From positions 1 through 43,348 of the forward strand of contig JAKLKB010000048.1 of the NCBI GenBank assembly GCA_023150835.1: a stretch of 43,348 nucleotides of DNA, written 5' to 3'. The DNA is from Myxococcota bacterium. Its GTDB lineage: Bacteria; Myxococcota_C; UBA6777. This document shows positions 10,395 to 19,768 of the stretch, one piece after another. Numbering within the stretch: the first letter of the stretch is position 1; each line of letters starts with the position of its first letter. The position numbers and the translations under genes were made by a program. The notes below the pieces were generated by a model, which had not been told where the DNA came from, ran no database searches, and was given only the letters and a program-made list of their open reading frames with translations.

Positions 10395-10600
10395 GAAGCT
10401 TGCCAAATGCAACGAGATCCGTCATATTGTCGTGAGCCTGAAAGATGGATGCGTTAAGTCGGTCCAATACAACGGAGTTTCTGCGATAAGGCAGGATCTT
10501 GTTTGGTGAACCCGTGACTTGTTTGTGATGGGTTCCTCAAAGAACTTGACAAGACACCTAACCCCTTGTCTGCGGACCACCAGACCGGAGCGATCGAAGG

Positions 10601-12271
10601 ATGCCTGCCTGCCCACAATGTGAATATCCCGTCCCTGACGAGGCGATGTTTTGCCCTGCGTGTGGCTTTTCGATGCAACACGAAGAGGCCGAAGTCTCGC
10701 TTGTTGGGCGTGTATTAAATCAAAAATATCGGTTAGTCGAGGATCTTGCAGAAGGCGGTATGGCTGTCGTCTACAAGGCCCAACACATCTTTCTTGAAGA
10801 CCTTTGTGCGGTCAAGATCATCAAAAAAAGCCTTGCCTCCAAAGAAGAGATGCTCAAGCGCTTTCAACGCGAAGCCCGTCTTACGCGTCAAGTCGCACGC
10901 CGCAGTCCGTACGTGATCTCCATTTACGACTTTGGGGTCGAAGATCAAGTCGGATTCTTCTACGTTATGGAACTCCTCAACGGTTATCCCTTTGCGGAGA
11001 TCCTCCAAGATCCAAAAAAACCACCTCCCCTCGAAAAAACAGCCCGCCTTGTTTGCCAGATCTGCGAAGCCTTGGCTGCCGTCCACGAAGAAGGCCTTGT
11101 CCACCGCGATATCAAGCCAGACAACATCTTCCTTCACCGCGAAAACAACTCGGAGGAAGAGATCGTCAAACTGCTCGACTTTGGTATCGCACGACCCACC
11201 TACAACAAAGCCACCATGCTCACCAACTATGGCCGCGTGATGGGAACCCCCGAATACATGTCCCCCGAACAATGCCGAGGGCCGACCCCTCAACAATACG
11301 AGCGCGGAGAAAGCCATCTCGACGGTCGATCCGATATCTATTCTTTGGGTGTGTTGCTTTACCAATGCTTGACAGGCGACGTTCCTTTCCCCATGCCCCC
11401 AGATGGCGGAACCATGGCCATCCACAAGGTGATGGCGGGTCACGTCATGGAGCGGCCCAAACCGCCCCACGAAGTGCGCCCCGATCTTCGCATCCCCAGA
11501 AACTTTTCTGACGTGGCGATGCGTGCGCTCGAAAAAGAACCTTCTGCCCGCTTCCAAACCATGACCGAGTTTCGTGACGCCATCCTCACTTGCTTTCCCG
11601 GCCTCGCGATCCGTCTCGGCCAAGAAGCTCCGCCTGTTCAAGAATCGCAACTCAACACCATCGATCTCGGTGAGACGTCTCGGTCCGATAGTACGGACTC
11701 GATGCGTGCCGCGCAAAATAGCCCCGCGCAAAACAACCCTGTGCAAAACAACCCCGTACAAAATAATTCAGCACCGCTGGGGCCTGCGCAATCTTCGGGG
11801 GGCTATCTCTATGATTTTAACGAGCAAGCCACCGCAATGGATGTGCAACTTCCCCCTGAGATGCGCGAAGCGGCCCGTCAATGGGCCATTAACGTCAACC
11901 AAGGGCCTCAACCTCCTCAAGGGGGCGTGATGTTGCAAGAGGCCCCGTTGTCTTCGCCTTACGCTTCTTCTCCACAAAATGCCCGTCCTCCAGCAGACCC
12001 TTGGCCCGCACAAGAAAGCTCGGTGGATACCTTTAGCGATGAAAGCGAGGCATCCAACAGCAACGGTGTTGATCTGTCCAAAACAATCGCTTCCCCAATG
12101 GAGCCCGACGTGATGGCGGATCTGCGCAAACGTGCGCAAGAAGCGATGCAGCGCGCAGGCCATTCTCCACCCCCTCCCAAAAAGAAGACGCTGCTCTTCG
12201 CAGTCATCGGTGGGATCGTGCTGCTTGGGGCCGTTGCTGCGGGGCTTTACTTCTTTGTCCTTGGCAAATGA
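10601..12271 (+). CDS. Ser/Thr protein kinase with N-terminal zinc ribbon and C-terminal TM anchor
   Basis: CPQC..CPAC; EGGMAVVY, AVK, HRDIKPDN, DFG, GTPEYMSPEQ; low-complexity linker; terminal hydrophobic helix. Confidence 0.93.
   Translation: MPACPQCEYPVPDEAMFCPACGFSMQHEEAEVSLVGRVLNQKYRLVEDLAEGGMAVVYKAQHIFLEDLCAVKIIKKSLASKEEMLKRFQREARLTRQVARRSPYVISIYDFGVEDQVGFFYVMELLNGYPFAEILQDPKKPPPLEKTARLVCQICEALAAVHEEGLVHRDIKPDNIFLHRENNSEEEIVKLLDFGIARPTYNKATMLTNYGRVMGTPEYMSPEQCRGPTPQQYERGESHLDGRSDIYSLGVLLYQCLTGDVPFPMPPDGGTMAIHKVMAGHVMERPKPPHEVRPDLRIPRNFSDVAMRALEKEPSARFQTMTEFRDAILTCFPGLAIRLGQEAPPVQESQLNTIDLGETSRSDSTDSMRAAQNSPAQNNPVQNNPVQNNSAPLGPAQSSGGYLYDFNEQATAMDVQLPPEMREAARQWAINVNQGPQPPQGGVMLQEAPLSSPYASSPQNARPPADPWPAQESSVDTFSDESEASNSNGVDLSKTIASPMEPDVMADLRKRAQEAMQRAGHSPPPPKKKTLLFAVIGGIVLLGAVAAGLYFFVLGK
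11714..11767 (+). repeat. In-frame 15-bp tandem repeat (QNSPA/QNNPV), about 3.5 copies
   Basis: caaaatagccccgcg caaaacaaccctgtg caaaacaaccccgta caaaataat. Confidence 0.8.
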
Positions 12272-14730
12272 TCCATCCAACCGAGACGATCATGCTTTTT
12301 CGCAATCCTCGGTGCTCCCTTCTTTTTGCCCTCTTTGCGAGCCTCTGCTTTTTCCCCTCCTCTGCTTTTTCCAAACAGCCCGTCCCACAACTCACATGGG
12401 TTCGCCTTGAAGGTTCGGAATCAACGCGTGTCCATCAATCGGCTCGTGTGCGTTGTCTCGCGCTCGATCAACAAAACAAGCCTCTCCCAAAAGCCTCGGT
12501 GCGCTTTGTTTTTCGCCGCATCGACAATGCCTCTGTTCGCTGCATCGACAACGCTTCTTCTGTCTCTCAGACCCAAACCACCGCAAAAACAGACATCCAC
12601 ACAAAACAACACGGCGGCACGATGACTGTGTCTTTTCCACAACCTTCGCTGTGGGAAGTCGGATGTGTTGCTTCGTTGGACCGCCAAATGATGCGCGCAC
12701 CCATGCCTCTTTCGATGGAAGTCCTGCCGGGAACACCGCACCAGATCTCGATCGAATTACTTCCCAAACGCCGATGGTATCGAAAAGGAGAGCGGGTCTC
12801 CGTTCGTGCGCGTGTCTTGGATCGTTCTGGGTTTTCCCATGATTCGGGGGTTGTGCGGTGGAAAAGCTCTGTTTCGAGTGTTCTCCCCGACGCAGCGGGG
12901 GCATTGCATTTGAAACAAGCAGGGCGCATCACACTCACCGCTTTGGTTGTTGGGTCTTTGCAGGCTCAGATCTCGCTCGATGTTGACGAAAATCCCCCGA
13001 CAATCGAGCTTTTCGATCCTGTCCCTCATGCGATGCTGTCTGGAGATCCGACGATCCTTTTGCGCGGCCGTGTGGTCGACACAGAAAGCGGCTTGGCTTC
13101 GTTGCGGTTTTTGGGACGGGTGATCTCGGTCGATGCGGGGGGGCATTTTTTGATCACGTACCGTTGTCGGTGGGGACTGAATCTGTTGTCCTTTGTGGCC
13201 GAAGATCGGGCGGGTCATATAAGGCGCTTTGAGCGCAGTTTTCTGTACGCGCCACGTTATCTTTCGCAGAAGGCACATCCTCAAACGCCGATCCCTCCGC
13301 TGCTTACGTTACGGATCGCGCAGTCGTTCCTTGATCGTGGGCCGCTCGAACATCGTGCCGATGTGTTGACGCTTCTTGAAGATATCCTGAACGCGACAGA
13401 ACTCGGGCGTGTTCGTATCCCCGTGATCCAAGGAGCGTATCGCATTCCCCCGTTGGGACCGAATATACAGTATCGCATTGAGCAACGTGCCGCGATGCAG
13501 ATGGAGCGGATCGCTGCTTCATTGCGGTTTTTTCGCGATGGCTTTTGGCTGGATCTAACGTTGCGGCGTTTTGTCTTTCCCTTAGATGTCGATATCAACG
13601 CTGATCGACAGCGCATCACGGTTGACGCGCAGCGGGTGCGCTTCTCCTTTTGGTTTCAGATCTTGCGCAGCACGCAAGGGCGTATCCAAGTCGAGATGCC
13701 GCATCGTTTTGCGGATCTTTCGGGCCTACGGGTGGAGGGGATGCACGGATTCTTGTCGTGGTTTCGCGGTACGGTCGAGGCGCGTGTGCGCGATGGGGTG
13801 CGCGATGGCCTCTCCGACGCCATCCGTCAGCGTTTGATTCCCGCGATACAACGTCGCCTTCGATCTTTGCCGCTCGATCTGCGTTGGGAACTTCCGCCTG
13901 TTTTGGGACGCCGACCGATGCGCCTGTTGCTGGATGTCCAAACGCTGCGTTTTACACCCGAAGCCCTGTCTCTTTCTGTCGGTGCTTCGTTGCATTGCGA
14001 ACAGCCCCGTTTTCCATACGCCCAAGGTGCGCCCTTGTTGCCGCCACAACGTTCCTCGCCTGCTGTTGCGGGATTTTCTTCGGCCCTCTCTGTGGATGCG
14101 GTCAATCAGGCCCTTTACGCAATTTGGCAGTGTGGCGTCTTTCAACGCGATCTCTCGCGTTTGCTGCAAACGCGCCTCAAGATCCCCGATCTGCCATTTG
14201 CTTTGCCACATCTACGTTTGCGCTTTGCTGCGCATCTTCCGCCTGTGATCATGCCCGGGGATGCGCGTTATCCGTTTGCCCTTGCGCTTGGTGGATTTCG
14301 CGTCCATCTCGATTGGTCCGAGAAAAACGCTCCCCCCTCTTCTTTGCGCGCTGAGATCAGCCTTGTGATCGGGGCGCGTGTGACCACCAATGCCGCAGGA
14401 GAGCTACTCTTGATCCTCGCCCCCCAGCCCTTGCAGTTTCAATTGCAGATCCTCCAACAAAGCGGCACACACTCGCTTTCGCACGAAGATTGGGCCGCTT
14501 TTCTTTCGGGAATCTTACTCGAACAAACACCCGATGCCGCCGCTGCGATCTTTCGTTCGTTGCCGTTGCACCAAGACGATCCTTTTGCCAACGTCTCCCT
14601 TGCATACCGCCCGATATTCCGAGCGATCCGCCTGTGGCCCCAACAAGTCGGCTTTGATGGACAACGCTTGCTTTTTGGCTTCGACCTGCGCTATCAGAGT
14701 CCCACACAACCCGTCCGCACTTCCGATTGA
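12268..14730 (+). CDS. Large exported hypothetical protein (Ig-like N-terminal part; possible BPI/LBP-like C-terminal region)
   Basis: Signal-like N-terminus; beta-rich segments (PPTIEL..GRVVD..GLNLLSFVAEDRAG); C-terminal SVDAVNQALYAIWQCG. Overlaps the kinase stop (ATGA), suggesting translational coupling. Confidence 0.65.
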   Translation: MIHPTETIMLFRNPRCSLLFALFASLCFFPSSAFSKQPVPQLTWVRLEGSESTRVHQSARVRCLALDQQNKPLPKASVRFVFRRIDNASVRCIDNASSVSQTQTTAKTDIHTKQHGGTMTVSFPQPSLWEVGCVASLDRQMMRAPMPLSMEVLPGTPHQISIELLPKRRWYRKGERVSVRARVLDRSGFSHDSGVVRWKSSVSSVLPDAAGALHLKQAGRITLTALVVGSLQAQISLDVDENPPTIELFDPVPHAMLSGDPTILLRGRVVDTESGLASLRFLGRVISVDAGGHFLITYRCRWGLNLLSFVAEDRAGHIRRFERSFLYAPRYLSQKAHPQTPIPPLLTLRIAQSFLDRGPLEHRADVLTLLEDILNATELGRVRIPVIQGAYRIPPLGPNIQYRIEQRAAMQMERIAASLRFFRDGFWLDLTLRRFVFPLDVDINADRQRITVDAQRVRFSFWFQILRSTQGRIQVEMPHRFADLSGLRVEGMHGFLSWFRGTVEARVRDGVRDGLSDAIRQRLIPAIQRRLRSLPLDLRWELPPVLGRRPMRLLLDVQTLRFTPEALSLSVGASLHCEQPRFPYAQGAPLLPPQRSSPAVAGFSSALSVDAVNQALYAIWQCGVFQRDLSRLLQTRLKIPDLPFALPHLRLRFAAHLPPVIMPGDARYPFALALGGFRVHLDWSEKNAPPSSLRAEISLVIGARVTTNAAGELLLILAPQPLQFQLQILQQSGTHSLSHEDWAAFLSGILLEQTPDAAAAIFRSLPLHQDDPFANVSLAYRPIFRAIRLWPQQVGFDGQRLLFGFDLRYQSPTQPVRTSD

Positions 14731-14760
14731 AGACGTTTTTGAAATAGGAGGCGATCGACG

Positions 14761-15390
14761 ATGGAGAAGATGGCTTATGTGTTGCGTGAAGGCGGACGCT
14801 CGCAAGAAGAAGCGTTGGGTTTCGCGGAGCTTGCGGTGTCTGCGGGTGGAGAGATGTTCCCTTTGTTTTTTGGACCGCGAGCAAAAGACTTGATGGTGCG
14901 GCTGTATCCGCACGAAAGCAATTTCATGAGCCATCGTTTTTGCCGATTTGCTTGGGTGGACGGCGAGATCGCAGGGCTGATGTGTGGGTTTTCCTATGAA
15001 GAAAAGCTTGCCGTCACCGCAGGAAACAGCCGAGACTTTGTGCGTTATGGTGCGGCGACCTTGCCGCGCATGATCTGGTACGCCATGCGCCTCAATGGAC
15101 TTGTGCGCGCACTTGAACATCTCGAACAAGGCGAGTTTTATGTTGAGTTTTTGGCCGTATATCCGCGCTTTCAGCGCATGGGGATCAGCCAAGCGCTGTT
15201 GAACTTGGCGGAACAACAAGCGCGCTCCAAAGGATGCCGCTGCGTTGTGCTCGACGTCGACATCGACAACTCCTCAGCCATCCGAGCTTATGAAAAGTGG
15301 GGGATGCACATCGCACGTTCTTCCAAAACATACGTATGGACACAGCGCACTTTCGGGCTGCATCGCATGGAACGCACGTTGCCGTCATGA
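14761..15390 (+). CDS. GNAT-family N-acetyltransferase
   Basis: YVEFLAVYPRFQRMGISQALL (motif A) and NSSAIRAYEKWG (motif B). AGGAGG RBS upstream. Confidence 0.9.
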   Translation: MEKMAYVLREGGRSQEEALGFAELAVSAGGEMFPLFFGPRAKDLMVRLYPHESNFMSHRFCRFAWVDGEIAGLMCGFSYEEKLAVTAGNSRDFVRYGAATLPRMIWYAMRLNGLVRALEHLEQGEFYVEFLAVYPRFQRMGISQALLNLAEQQARSKGCRCVVLDVDIDNSSAIRAYEKWGMHIARSSKTYVWTQRTFGLHRMERTLPS

Positions 15391-15539
15391 GTACCGTGAT
15401 TTGGGTGCGGTGAATTGTCCGATGCTGCCGCCTTGAGCAGAGTGCGTGCGTGTTGACTTTTTGATGCCGATGCTGCAAGGACAAGAGATGCCATCGCGCA
15501 TCTCGCGGTCGGATGGGTTGTTTTGAGGGGAGACTTGTG

Positions 15540-18077
15540 ATGTCCAAGACGCTGCTTTGTCCGAATTTTCGATGTGGTGAGCGCGATATCGCGTCGACGG
15601 AGTCGCTGTGTCCGAAGTGCGGAGCAGCGTTGTGTGTTGGTGTGCATTATCGCTTTTTGCGTGCGCTCAGCCAAGGCGGGATGGGCAGTACCTACATGGC
15701 CTCGGATGAGCGCTTTCAAGGATCGCGCAGCGAACGGTGTGTGATCAAAGAGATCAAAAGCGAGCATCACGACAAAGACTTTGCGGCGATGTTGCAACGC
15801 GAAGCGGGCGGGCTTTTGCAGCTACGCCATACCGGAATCCCCGCATATCGGGATTTTTTTGAAGATGCCCCGGGTGGTCCACCGTCGAGGTGGTTTTTGG
15901 TGCAAGAAGCCATCGACGGAGAAACGCTTCAAGCTCGTATCCAACGGGGAGAAGTCTATTCCTTGGAAGAGGCCCTCGATATCTTTGTGCAAGTTCTCGA
16001 TATCCTACAGTACCTTCACGAACTCAAAGACCCCGAGACCGGCAAAGATGCGCCTGTGATCCATCTGGATATCAAACCCGATAACTTGATGCGTCGTGCT
16101 TCGGATGGGCGGATCTTTTTGATCGACTTTGGCGTGTCTTCCGAGATCCGACACACGATCCAAGAAAGCAAAGGCGCGAAAGCTTCGGTCTTTGGCTACA
16201 CCATGGGTTATGCCCCGTTTGAGCAGACGCTTGGTTATGCCGCACCTTCGTCCGATCTGTACGCGCTGGCGATGACCTTTCTGGTCTTGCTCACAGGAGA
16301 GAGTCCGTTGGCCTTGTTTGATCCGATCGAACAAAGCCCTCGTTTTCACCGCTACGTCTCGCTCCCAACTTCACTTGCTTTGCTGATCAGTCGGATGCTG
16401 CGCGTCAATCTCAAAGAGCGTGTCCCCAGTGCGCGCCAAGCCTTGGCTTGTTTGGCGTGGGTTCGCGAAGCCATAGACGGAAACCATGCTTCCTTGCAAA
16501 AGCTCGTAGATGCTTTAAAACTCTCCCAAACCTTGCGCGGAGTCCTTTTGCCCGAGGAGAGCCTCGATATCTCACCAACACAATCCGCCATGGACGATCT
16601 GGTTCTTGCAAAAGCCGATACGATGGACTCTTCCGCACAAAGAAAAAATCTGGTCCTCCCGAAACACACGCTGTCTTCTCAACTCCCCGAATCTGGAGTG
16701 GTTGGAAGTGAGGTTTCTTCTTCTCCACCACAACCCATCGACGCAGACACAAAAACTTCTCAAATCCGCCTTGCTGCGGTGCTTTTGATCGCCCCTCTCT
16801 TGGTGCTGGTTTTTGCGATCGGATGGCTGGGTGGGCGGTTTTCGCAGCCCACCGAGACCCCACATCGAAGCCCGCCAACGTCCGATAAACGAAGCCCCTC
16901 GCCGACCACTCCGATCGCTTCCCTCCCACCCAAACCTCCGCTGCGCCCGTTTGTTCCCCTGATCGTTCCACCCACGCCGCCTTCGTCTCCCTCTGCCCTC
17001 GAACCGACCTCCCTGCCTAGCATCGTCACTTCTTCTTCCGATCCCAACGTGCGATCGCCTACCTCACCCAAAGTACGCGCCTCAACGACAAAGTCCAATC
17101 CAGCGTTCGCCCATGAAAAGCCGATCCCTGCGCATCTTTTGGAAGACCTCAAGCCCGATTATGGGATCGGTGTGCGCATCCACGCCTTGCGGGCGTTGGG
17201 CGAGATCCCCACCCAACGCTCTCGTTGGCTCCTGTACCAGCATATTCAAGAGCCAAATCTCGCGATCAAAGCAGCAGCTTCCGATGCTTTGGCCTCGATG
17301 GGGGCGCTGGCCGTCGATACCTTGGCGCAAGCGATGAAACTCAAGGACCCGATCACCTGCCGCTTTGCAGCCTATGCCATCGGCAAGATCGGCGTCCCTG
17401 CGCGGCGGATCTTGCCCCTGCTTTTGGTCGTCGCCGAACAACCCGATCAAAACTGGCTAACGCTCCATGCAGCGCTGGAAGCGATCCAACGGATGCGGCC
17501 TTCTGCTCAGGAAGTCTGGCCTGCGTTGTACGTCATCTCTCACTCAACCTCTTACTGGAAGGTTCAAAAAACCATCGCCGAGATCTTGAGTGCTGCTGAA
17601 GTTCCCGTCTCTCACATGGAAATCGAATTCCGAAAAACGCTGCTATTCAAAAGCTTATTGTACACAAACCGCACGTTTTCTTTGATCGATCACCTTGGGC
17701 CCTATGCGTTTGAACTGTTACCCATGCTCCAAGAGATCCTACAGCGTAAAGATCTCCATCGCCTACACTATCGGACGCTTGATTCGATCCGTTCTCTTGG
17801 CCCTCGAACCTTACCTTTTTGGGAAGCGACGTTTCGCACCAACGAGATGTATGCCCTTGCCGCCATCCGGGCTTTCGATCGGTTCGGTGCCGCCTCTTTG
17901 CCTTCCATGCGCAAGCTGTTTCAAGACGAACCCAACGCCAACACACGCAAGGCGATCATCTATTCCGCACGCGGTATGGGAAAGGCCGCGCTGCCCTTTC
18001 TCCAAGACGCCGCCAAAGACAAAGATCCCGAAGTCCAAGAACTCGCAGAGCGCTTTGTCACGCAGCTTTCGCGTTGA
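15540..18077 (+). CDS. Ser/Thr protein kinase with 4-Cys N-terminal prefix, central TM and C-terminal HEAT/PBS-lyase-like repeats
   Basis: CPNFRC..CPKC; QGGMGSTY, VIK, IHLDIKPDN, DFG, GYAPFEQ; TM LAAVLLIAPLLVLVFAIGWLG; HEAT-like VRIHALRALGEI and DKDPEVQELA. ORF-track start is 15513; ATG 15540 follows GAGGGGAG. Confidence 0.9.
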   Translation: MSKTLLCPNFRCGERDIASTESLCPKCGAALCVGVHYRFLRALSQGGMGSTYMASDERFQGSRSERCVIKEIKSEHHDKDFAAMLQREAGGLLQLRHTGIPAYRDFFEDAPGGPPSRWFLVQEAIDGETLQARIQRGEVYSLEEALDIFVQVLDILQYLHELKDPETGKDAPVIHLDIKPDNLMRRASDGRIFLIDFGVSSEIRHTIQESKGAKASVFGYTMGYAPFEQTLGYAAPSSDLYALAMTFLVLLTGESPLALFDPIEQSPRFHRYVSLPTSLALLISRMLRVNLKERVPSARQALACLAWVREAIDGNHASLQKLVDALKLSQTLRGVLLPEESLDISPTQSAMDDLVLAKADTMDSSAQRKNLVLPKHTLSSQLPESGVVGSEVSSSPPQPIDADTKTSQIRLAAVLLIAPLLVLVFAIGWLGGRFSQPTETPHRSPPTSDKRSPSPTTPIASLPPKPPLRPFVPLIVPPTPPSSPSALEPTSLPSIVTSSSDPNVRSPTSPKVRASTTKSNPAFAHEKPIPAHLLEDLKPDYGIGVRIHALRALGEIPTQRSRWLLYQHIQEPNLAIKAAASDALASMGALAVDTLAQAMKLKDPITCRFAAYAIGKIGVPARRILPLLLVVAEQPDQNWLTLHAALEAIQRMRPSAQEVWPALYVISHSTSYWKVQKTIAEILSAAEVPVSHMEIEFRKTLLFKSLLYTNRTFSLIDHLGPYAFELLPMLQEILQRKDLHRLHYRTLDSIRSLGPRTLPFWEATFRTNEMYALAAIRAFDRFGAASLPSMRKLFQDEPNANTRKAIIYSARGMGKAALPFLQDAAKDKDPEVQELAERFVTQLSR

Positions 18078-18088
18078 AAGGCAACGCG
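18070..18088. terminator. Hairpin between convergent genes (CGCGTTG-AAAGG-CAACGCG)
   Basis: 7-bp perfect stem overlapping the kinase stop codon. No clear U-tract. Confidence 0.3.
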
Positions 18089-18153
18089 CAGGATCGTCTA
18101 TCCGGGCCCCGCAGAGCACTCCGCCACGCGGCTTTCGCGTTGAAAGGCTTTGC

Positions 18154-18651
18154 CTATTTTTGCCTTGGCACGGGCGCGATGCTCGGCGAAAGCGAGATGC
18201 GGTAGGTTGAGTGGCAACTCACACACACACTCAGCGAATTCGATAGCTCTTGGAGAAGCTCTTTCTTTTGGATCTGTTTCTTCGCGACTTTTTCGGATAA
18301 CTCGTCCATCTTTTTGTGCAGACCGATCCCCATCGTTTTGAGGCCAAGCGGAAGTTTCCCAAGCAGCGTCGGACTGTCATCCGCCGCCATCTTCATCCCC
18401 ATGTTCGACAAATGAACGGACACAGCCTTCATGTCGTCTCGCGCCAAACCATCCACCACCCGCTGCAACTCTGCAAGCAACGTCCGCATCTCGTTGAGCA
18501 CAAACTCCCTTTCGTGAACGTTGAGCCGAACCTCCGTTCGCTTGTCCACACCCGCAACTGTCGTCCCAAACACGAAGTAGTAAGAACCCACTCCCACCGT
18601 CAGCATCCAAAGCACCAACGCCGTCCATGTCAACCCATGCACCTTTTTCAT
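18154..18651 (-). CDS. Membrane-anchored class II (cytochrome c'-like) monoheme cytochrome c
   Basis: N-terminal hydrophobic helix, helical body, single C-terminal CVSCH (18211-18225). AAAGGAG RBS before ATG 18651. The ORF-track extension to 19176 runs through repeats. Confidence 0.8.
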   Translation of the reverse strand: MKKVHGLTWTALVLWMLTVGVGSYYFVFGTTVAGVDKRTEVRLNVHEREFVLNEMRTLLAELQRVVDGLARDDMKAVSVHLSNMGMKMAADDSPTLLGKLPLGLKTMGIGLHKKMDELSEKVAKKQIQKKELLQELSNSLSVCVSCHSTYRISLSPSIAPVPRQK

Positions 18652-18698
18652 AATTCTTTGCTCCTTTCGGATCGAGCCGACCTGCTTGAGCGGTTGTT

Positions 18699-18820
18699 GT
18701 GGGGCTTTGCCCCACACCCCGCCATAGACTCTCGCCCCTTGACCCCGACTCGGCGGGGTGATCGTCAGCGTTTCAAACCAACAGCTCTGCCGCTTGAACG
18801 CCCGCGAACACGGGCTTTTT
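18699..18820 (+). mobile_element. Small dispersed element family B, copy 1
   Basis: GTGGGGCTTTGCCCCACACCCCGCC...CCCCTTGACCCCG...CTTGAA...GAACACGGGCTTTTT, colinear with the copies at 22514, 28657 and 36048. Confidence 0.75.
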
Positions 18821-18854
18821 CTCCACAAGTCGCTGATCTCTTTTTTGGTTTTAA

Positions 18855-18874
18855 TTGTTTGTAAATACTTACTT
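18855..18874. promoter_or_regulatory. Putative TetR operator, copy 2 (upstream of the cytochrome c gene)
   Basis: TTGTTTGTAAATACTTACTT. The GTAAATACTTACTT core matches the reverse complement of the 19666 palindrome at 13/14 positions. Confidence 0.6.
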
Positions 18875-18944
18875 TTTAATCGAAGGATCGATGGTTTCTT
18901 GTTTTTGTGTCGAGAAACCTCCGTTTGATTGTCCGATCGCGTCA

Positions 18945-19057
18945 TACGATATCCGAGAGATGTATCCACAAAGGAGAGTACGTAGACGCCCGATTGTTGG
19001 GCAGCCACACCTGTTTGCCCCGACCTTTTTACGATCACGCAACGGGCGGATCTCGTC
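18945..19057 (-). mobile_element. MITE-like element family A, copy 1 (113 bp)
   Basis: Ends TACGATATCCG ... CGGATCTCGTC. Its reverse complement matches 31663-31775 with 16 mismatches in 113 nt (hand count). Confidence 0.85.
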
Positions 19058-19651
19058 TTATTTGCTACGACGCAAGAGTTGTTCGAGGCCGAGCCAGAGC
19101 GTTTGGCTGTAGGCTTCGTCTTGGGGAGTGGATGGAGCCTCTTGGATCTGATCGGTGTAGCCACGCAAGACGCCAAGAAAGGACCACAAAAAGACTTCGA
19201 GTGGGAGGTCGTTTGCGATCATTCGCTGTTCTTGGGCTTTTTGGAGCGATGAAAAAACAAATTGGAACATCTGGCCGATGCAAAAAGAGATGCGTGCGGC
19301 GCTTTCTTCGGAAGCGATTTGAAGAAGTTGTACGTTAAACGCAAGGCTTTTGATCTCGGGATGCTTGCGGATTAGCGCGATCCGTTGAAAGAAAAAGGCG
19401 CGAAGCGCTTCAAGAGGATGTTCTTCTTTTGGAGGAAAGTCTGCCATGACCAGTTCTTCAAAACGTACGAGCGCTGCGGCGATGATATCTTGTTTGTCCC
19501 GAAAGTGCCGAAACAATGTCGCTTCCGAAACATCGATACTCTTGGCGATCAAGGCGGTGGTCAGACGATGGAAGCCTTCTTGTCCTGCAAGCCGCAACAC
19601 TGCTTCGGCGATCTCCTCTCGTCGTTCTTCGGCACTCAAGCGTTGGGTCAT
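19058..19651 (-). CDS. TetR/AcrR-family transcriptional regulator
   Basis: N-terminal HTH: RREEIAEAVLRL..GFHRLTTALIAKSIDVSEATLFRHFRDK. Confidence 0.93.
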   Translation of the reverse strand: MTQRLSAEERREEIAEAVLRLAGQEGFHRLTTALIAKSIDVSEATLFRHFRDKQDIIAAALVRFEELVMADFPPKEEHPLEALRAFFFQRIALIRKHPEIKSLAFNVQLLQIASEESAARISFCIGQMFQFVFSSLQKAQEQRMIANDLPLEVFLWSFLGVLRGYTDQIQEAPSTPQDEAYSQTLWLGLEQLLRRSK

Positions 19652-19665
19652 CGGCGTATCCTCAT

Positions 19666-19685
19666 AAGTGAGTATTTACTTACTT
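19666..19685. promoter_or_regulatory. Putative TetR operator, copy 1 (autoregulatory)
   Basis: AAGTGAGTA-TT-TACTTACTT (8/9 inverted repeat), 15 nt upstream of the tetR start and just downstream of a minus-strand TTGACA (19716-19721)-N17-TATTAC promoter candidate. Confidence 0.65.
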
Positions 19686-19768
19686 GTTTAAAGTAATAGA
19701 CGAGACAAAGAGAGATGTCAAGAGAAAATTGAGGGGATGGGGAGGATTGGGCTTGGTGGGGTATCGTC

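Noticed and set aside
18652..19176. N-terminal 175 aa of the 340-aa ORF 18154..19176
   Set aside because: Reads through tetR, two repeat elements and an operator; a strong RBS supports the start at 18651.
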